Assembly: GCF_000315625.1 (NCBI RefSeq)
Contig: NW_005434643.1
Location: 128,212 to 192,211, forward strand
Reading direction: 5' to 3'
Length of the DNA: 64,000 nucleotides
Source of the DNA: Guillardia theta CCMP2712
Taxonomy: Eukaryota; Protista; Cryptophyta
In this document: piece after piece, positions 60,601 to 64,000 of the stretch
How the letters are laid out: the number at the start of each line of letters is the position of its first letter
How positions within the stretch are numbered: the first letter of the stretch is position 1
The notes under the pieces: generated by a model
The model's database searches: none
Seen by the model: the letters and a program-made list of their open reading frames with translations, nothing else
What the model was told of the DNA's origin: nothing
Made by a program: the position numbers and the translations under genes

Positions 60601-63096
60601 CCTCTCTCTTCCTCCGACCGCATCGTCCAGCAGACCATGTTGACCTTCGACGTGGCGGGCAACGAGATCTGGTCGAGCTTCTTCTTCCGCTCTACCCTCG
60701 TCATCGTCGACGACGCCACTCGCTTGCTCGGCTTCGAGAACTTCCTTCTCCGCAACGCCATCTCAGTGCTCTTCATCACCCCTAGCCACCTCGCGCTCCT
60801 CTCTCCTCCTGCCTGCGGCAAGTCTCTCAAGACCCTCGTGCTCGCCGGCGAGGCTCTTCCTCCCTCCCTCAGCGATCGCTGGGCCTCGCAGGGAAGAGCT
60901 CTGCTCAACGAGTACGGCCCGACCGAGACCAACGTCGTCACCTCCTGCAAGGACTACCCCTGCAGCAAGTTCCCTTCCTCCGCGACCTCCATCGGACGTC
61001 CCCTGCCCGGCGTCGTCGCCCTCGTCCTCGATCGCCACATGCGCTTATCGCCTGTCGGGGTGCCGGGAGAGCTCTGCATCGGAGGAGATCAGCTTGCTTC
61101 CTCCTACTGGAACAGGCCAGACCTCACCTCCTCCAAGTTCGCCGACTGCAAGCTCCTGGGAGAGGGCGGGGCAGGGCAGCAGAGCAGGAGAGTCTACAGG
61201 ACAGGCGACCTCTGCCGTTGGCTGCCGGATGGAAAGATCGAGTACCTGGGGAGGATGGACAATCAGATCAAGATCCGCGGGATGAGAGTGGAGATTGGAG
61301 AGATCGAGTCAAAGATTTCGGAGGAGGAGGACGTCAGCCAGACTGCCGTCGTGCTCCTGCAAGACAAGGGCGTCAGCACTCTGGCCGCTGCTGTGGTGCT
61401 GCGGGGGAAGACGTGGGAGGAGGAGAAGGTGGTCGAGCGGCTATCCGCCTCCCTCCCCCAGCACATGATCCCTTCCTTGTTCGTGTGCCTCGAGGCTCTG
61501 CCGACCACAACCAGCGGGAAGATTGATCGCAAGAAGCTGGGAGAAATGCTTCGAGAGCACAGAGCTCACAACAAGACACTCCAGCCTCCTCCTCCTCCCT
61601 CCTCCCTTCCCCTCCCAGCTGACCTCACCAACTTGCAAGCCTTCCTCCAGTCGGCTGACGTCAAGCTCCTCCAGCGCCTCGGCATCGACTCGCTAGGCAT
61701 TGCCAGGAGATATCGCTCGCTGCAGCAGGACGAGGAGACGGCAAGAGCAGAGCTGAAGGTCTCCAATGGCGTTCGAGCCATCTGCATGTACGGGGTCATC
61801 ATCGACCACCTCGCCTCCTGCATGCCGTCCTCCTACTGCGCTGCCGTCGCTCGCGTCCTCATCCCTCGATCGCGTGCGGGGCTGCCAGTCAACGAGAGCA
61901 TGCTGACCTTGGAGGTGTTCCTGCGCTCCATCGGCAACTACAAGACAGTCGCTGGTTTTGCAACCATCTCAGGCTACATGGACGCGGGGACAGACTCATC
62001 CTTGCGCTTCTCCTTCACTGACATCGTCATCCTCCTCTCCTACCTCGAGATGGCCTGGGTCTTCGACCCCATCGTCACCGCCTTCTACGGAGCAGCAGGC
62101 AACGACACCTCCTCTCCCTGGTGGCTCGCGCAGCAGCGCTGGTACCTCCTTGCCATGCTTCTCTGCCGCTTCGCCGTCGTCGTCTTCCGCGGCCTCCACG
62201 TCCCCCCCCTCCTGCAGCTGCTCGTCGTGAGCATGGCGCTCTTTATCTCCCCGCCCAACATTGTCTGCGTCTCTCAGGCTTGCGCCAGTGACGTCATCCC
62301 CGCCTGGATGAGCTGGGAAAGTGCCCCTCAGCCCGTGGAAGGCTTTTTCCACTTCTTCATCCGCGGCATTGAGCCTCAGGCCTCCTCCTACGCCTATGCA
62401 GCCTTCCGGTACGTGATCACGCGCAAGTACCTCCTCACCGTCTTCTTCTACATCCTCAGCTTCAACTACGGGCGATGGTTCGTTCGCGTCATCACCGAGA
62501 GGATGAAAGAGGTCGCAGGGAGCATGAGCAGGAGGATAAGAAGCTTCCGCGTGCTGATGCGAGTGATCCTCGGCATCCTCTCGTCGTCGCTCCTCGTGCT
62601 GATTAGCTTGACCGAAAGCGACAGATTCAACGCGCAGGAGGACAACTGGGTGCAGGAGGACGGGACCTTCTACGACCAGCCTCACCTTACTCGCCTGGGC
62701 CTCCTCGTCGTCGTCCTCTTCTTCTCCGTCCTCTGCGAGTGCGTTCTCACCTGGTCTCTTCCTCTTGAGCTACAGACCGCGGGCTCGACGACTCTGGGAT
62801 CGTTCGCAGCTCACAGCTACGTCAACCTTGCCTTCTCCTCCCTCTTCCTGCAGAACATGCGAGGAAACATGATCGGCTACATCTTGCTGGTCCTGACGAT
62901 CCCGATTATGACCATGTTGGTGTTTGGCCCTCTTCTGCAGTACTTCATGGTATGGCACATCAAGATGATCGCAAGTGCCCTGCAACGTCTGTGTACAAGT
63001 GTCTTCCCTTCTTGGAGGAAGGACGACACGCAACATTTGGAGAGAACGGAGAGCGCTGGATCGCTCGTCATGGTCCAGCAAGTGTCTTGCAACTGA
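54613..63096 (+). CDS. giant multidomain membrane enzyme (~2809 aa after removing intron 55337-55390): signal peptide - GH5 mannanase-like - FN3/Ig-like - degenerate AT3 - egghead-type GT2 - partial C - NRPS A - minimal T - AT3
   Basis: GH5: GGRVARLY, YRDDPAIFGWELG|NE, IKEFG, GAFYWSLR..GGFYWH. GT2: RIVTRG, EVVTD, KARALNYA, WIVHLDEET, HGSF, SITED, EQSPF..QRARW. A domain: FTSGSTGVPKG, FDV, NEYGPTE, GELCIGG, YRTGD, GRMDNQIKIRG, SGKIDR. T: LGIDSL. AT3: NGVRAICMYGVIIDH, FATISGY, WYL. Confidence 0.93.
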   Translation: MNLRFTLRARNVRSSLFLTCLILEFSAIQAQNVAELSACSSACTAKPLSGFVKFASANDSIAAHLVEINGTETNVFRFVSVAVPNLIRLETSSSNSSSIGLPTDGEIWDALCSVQQLGGRVARLYVFSFCNDSSRCHFYWNVTTSRLDHSEAFFERLDAALEIANSLGVRLQIPFMNMAQLESWGGAATLCSWAKVDPRNFFDDATVQEMYRYVVQTVVTRKNTRTGILYRDDPAIFGWELGNLVLHCGSFPLLTVVGTGNELFTPTCSDLVNCVRNKQLSDFPGVPVSWTNETSRWLRSMDADHLIIDGGFPKDSAILDLPDLNVIGATYYYSTTDQLQSDLDFNGGKKAFLIKEFGTSGNSELTTVQGVFGLIQGNSDVSGAFYWSLRSHHRSGGFYWHYESLVNASSGQTVYPRSLNWPGFSNSTPSYEKEIFSQILTTGELIGVPQPDDSYVPCPPTIVQVSNSFPPCYTFIGSTGAKRYEIWLSPNNGKEDDWFRIQADASDDVVEKISAMNFLDDNTVRTMMSWTGNEWLVCFQACSYYDICSSCSASLVIVFNATGSADPFCSATAAQVAPRVEDSSRLGLWILQQDSTQQFKDAYLVFLTVSCCFTGIVVIIYSKVVYQVIARILGFLVRSQKEEDEAQPYHLARLSDNERNAKLASASVLFQIACVVLILLFQRRTSLEQHRVTEVMIDAGRSSFSLLFLIWGFEITRIHSAFGNAEKMTALKFLGMKFASSFPSLLLACIVSFIMLGSELWGEFFLLPLGLSAWMPSLWFNDVNGLAWLQGALGFNALIFLPVFDFLQTRVTSLRSKLTMMLVMWVLSAWQAIDFIGLRVFLLDRLIAAVFLRAFSPAFFFGVALATVDPSRVSWTLSTCLGLLSLAGCLVVLAFYQTAFGNFSYMIAWLNTGLLLPLQALVFLLFYKASSAVLPNSLHHVAAILHPHLSGVLISALLMDSMMWTIVTRVSHQVNDVVWLCYPLSLLTIAAVNYFLSRNFADNLRRLFYQMSTTKAQEEEEEITTESKLFYYYLSFFIIVATFCLAQLVNPWVNLVQFSGAAADALCGISWILLLPAPALLQGLAGLLFYPAVIPDHAPPIEDQLEKEKNERPAVLSSRAPFILFFRIVTRGNNPKLVLANCKTAIAVLERSGLAASRWKVEVVTDNKIDLSEAPSVDQLVVPSDYNPPGGCKYKARALNYAAAASRARAHDWIVHLDEETRFEEETVRHIFAHCMQQEILLASGKTSFPSIGQGVIYYNKGGIENYLTALADTIRVADDYAKFRLQYKLFRLPLIGMHGSFVVCCNKLEQQVGWDWGMVGSITEDTYFAMKLAGQGVRFDWVGGKMFEQSPFSVNDFGKQRARWFSGLWLCVLTDSLPLWQRAYLGSHLVSWTVCPLLTFVTWLNLLTIFPRSSTFVYLMSFIFSIPFWSYSLGFVLGFDPSQFKHGRLEWVLMFLAHISLIPVYTLMESYGVMRGLCDRKTYTGFHIVKKEKTDEEEKASKGDRGESMIMLTRLDGKESCSSSDSSSHDNVSISPPCSAGDARGEEDRKLWETRLTLDFENLFFVNPSVDGPGQLFSKEQQLGCSWTEFLSFCQDCKVNQQVALSIAVGTTLRRYSNFANTICLGIREKSRFVPLTSNFDELESLSGLMASMQQLYDEHASKLGEWADVEVLRGFARREQVFHALLSTEENKREADLLYLSKLLGGKERCADLSISLRVEQEKVVLLGAADDAVMWPELMGNMLCHVSVFLSHAVRCPRDMAIGDMEYLDPDERKRILSDFAWSARERQQRLGMETMQDLLEDAFVQASRSRTAIECPREGVKMSYEQLDRSCRRLSQMLLRSGVKQGDVIAIAAEKTAETIASLLSVVRCGAAYMPVDISYPPDRLRFMLSDTNCRLLLCSPEQQEQWSAVFADESRKSKQTLVSSRVEVLVVKPEDLSHAEVNMEEARRVHKARPEDPAAIIFTSGSTGVPKGVEISQGALLAQNLAMNQSRPLSSSDRIVQQTMLTFDVAGNEIWSSFFFRSTLVIVDDATRLLGFENFLLRNAISVLFITPSHLALLSPPACGKSLKTLVLAGEALPPSLSDRWASQGRALLNEYGPTETNVVTSCKDYPCSKFPSSATSIGRPLPGVVALVLDRHMRLSPVGVPGELCIGGDQLASSYWNRPDLTSSKFADCKLLGEGGAGQQSRRVYRTGDLCRWLPDGKIEYLGRMDNQIKIRGMRVEIGEIESKISEEEDVSQTAVVLLQDKGVSTLAAAVVLRGKTWEEEKVVERLSASLPQHMIPSLFVCLEALPTTTSGKIDRKKLGEMLREHRAHNKTLQPPPPPSSLPLPADLTNLQAFLQSADVKLLQRLGIDSLGIARRYRSLQQDEETARAELKVSNGVRAICMYGVIIDHLASCMPSSYCAAVARVLIPRSRAGLPVNESMLTLEVFLRSIGNYKTVAGFATISGYMDAGTDSSLRFSFTDIVILLSYLEMAWVFDPIVTAFYGAAGNDTSSPWWLAQQRWYLLAMLLCRFAVVVFRGLHVPPLLQLLVVSMALFISPPNIVCVSQACASDVIPAWMSWESAPQPVEGFFHFFIRGIEPQASSYAYAAFRYVITRKYLLTVFFYILSFNYGRWFVRVITERMKEVAGSMSRRIRSFRVLMRVILGILSSSLLVLISLTESDRFNAQEDNWVQEDGTFYDQPHLTRLGLLVVVLFFSVLCECVLTWSLPLELQTAGSTTLGSFAAHSYVNLAFSSLFLQNMRGNMIGYILLVLTIPIMTMLVFGPLLQYFMVWHIKMIASALQRLCTSVFPSWRKDDTQHLERTESAGSLVMVQQVSCN

Positions 63097-64000
63097 CCTC
63101 GTCGTTTTAAACTTGATTATCAATGAACGAATCGAACTACATCCTACAGCATTGCCTATATTGTCATTTCAAAGATCAAAGATGCGTTCAAAACCACCTT
63201 ATTTATTCATTGAGAAGAACATCCCAACTTTCTCCACTTCCCCACGAGATGCTCCCATCCTGCTCACTTCTCGCCAACATTGACAGATGTCGATCTTGTC
63301 ACTCAGACGAGATAGGTCTCCATCTCTTCCTGTTTACTTCAACGCTTCTGCTATGCATCTCCGTATTCAGCGTGCAAACACTATTAGCTTCTATCAGTAT
63401 TTGTACCATCAAGTGAGCAGATCAGAACATGCTCCAGTAGTTCTAGTCACTACTCCTTCCTGGGTTGTTAGCTGCAGCACCTCTCAACGATCCGCAAATA
63501 GTTTCCTTCCTTATTCTTATGATTGATGGCAAAACTCCAGAACTAGAAGGGAGAAGAGAAGAATCAAGTCAAGTGAGGAAGGGAGAGGGGGGCAACAGAT
63601 CCAGGAGAACGATGTCAACGAGATTGTGTTGAACAATACTGAAAGGGAAGTAGTGTTTCAGTGTAGACAAGGACGTAAGGATATAGAGGTTGGTACTGCT
63701 ACTTTCTCCTGTGAGATTGTTCCAAGATATCATGATCCGAGCAAACAAGAATAGGTCAGGATGCAGATGAGTTGGGCAATTTCTGCATTCGTGCAGTACT
63801 AAATACCAACAAGAGGGGTTATAGAACTCGACTCGCAGGGTGAACTTTGAAGATAGAGCGCCATGTGTGAAACGTTTATCAGCAGAAGACAGGCTCAGAG
63901 GAAACGCTGGTGAGCAACACTGATTTTACACAGAGCAGCAAGTTACTTTCAACTCTTCTCACTCAATGATGACCTTCAGCGTTCATTCTCACCGAAACCC

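Noticed and set aside
14200-63096. A glycosylation gene cluster (ALG6, GT32 fusion, giant synthase)
   Set aside because: The genes are 15-18 kb apart with unrelated genes between them, and ALG6 is housekeeping. There is no evidence of co-regulation.
56008-63123. Many antisense and alternate-frame ORFs over the giant gene and other CDSs
   Set aside because: These are shadows of codon bias in the real frame.
63130-64000. Possible downstream gene at the window edge
   Set aside because: No ORF or motif I can identify.

Overview
Eukaryotic nuclear DNA with short GT-AG introns, microsatellites, one 100-N gap and RWP-RK and SHAQKY-type MYB factors. The gene content and style suggest a cryptophyte alga (Guillardia/Hanusia-like; inference only). 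Recognisable genes are an ankyrin protein, a Cys-rich surface protein, an RWP-RK factor, ALG6, a degenerate kinesin with RCC1 repeats, six single-repeat MYB genes (one inverted pair, a third paralog and a tandem triplet), a GT32-LamG-methyltransferase fusion and a DUF711 protein. There are also copia and tRNA-headed repeat remnants, and GC-rich islands edged by a recurrent AT-rich motif. The standout is an ~2,800-aa gene at 54613-63096. It fuses a signal peptide, a GH5 mannanase-like hydrolase, a degenerate acyltransferase-3 domain, an egghead/BRE-3-type GT2 mannosyltransferase, a partial condensation domain, an NRPS adenylation domain, a minimal carrier motif and an intact-looking acyltransferase-3 domain. 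This is a candidate one-polypeptide machine for making aminoacylated beta-mannosyl glycans. All domain calls are by eye from motifs, and multi-exon boundaries are approximate unless stated.
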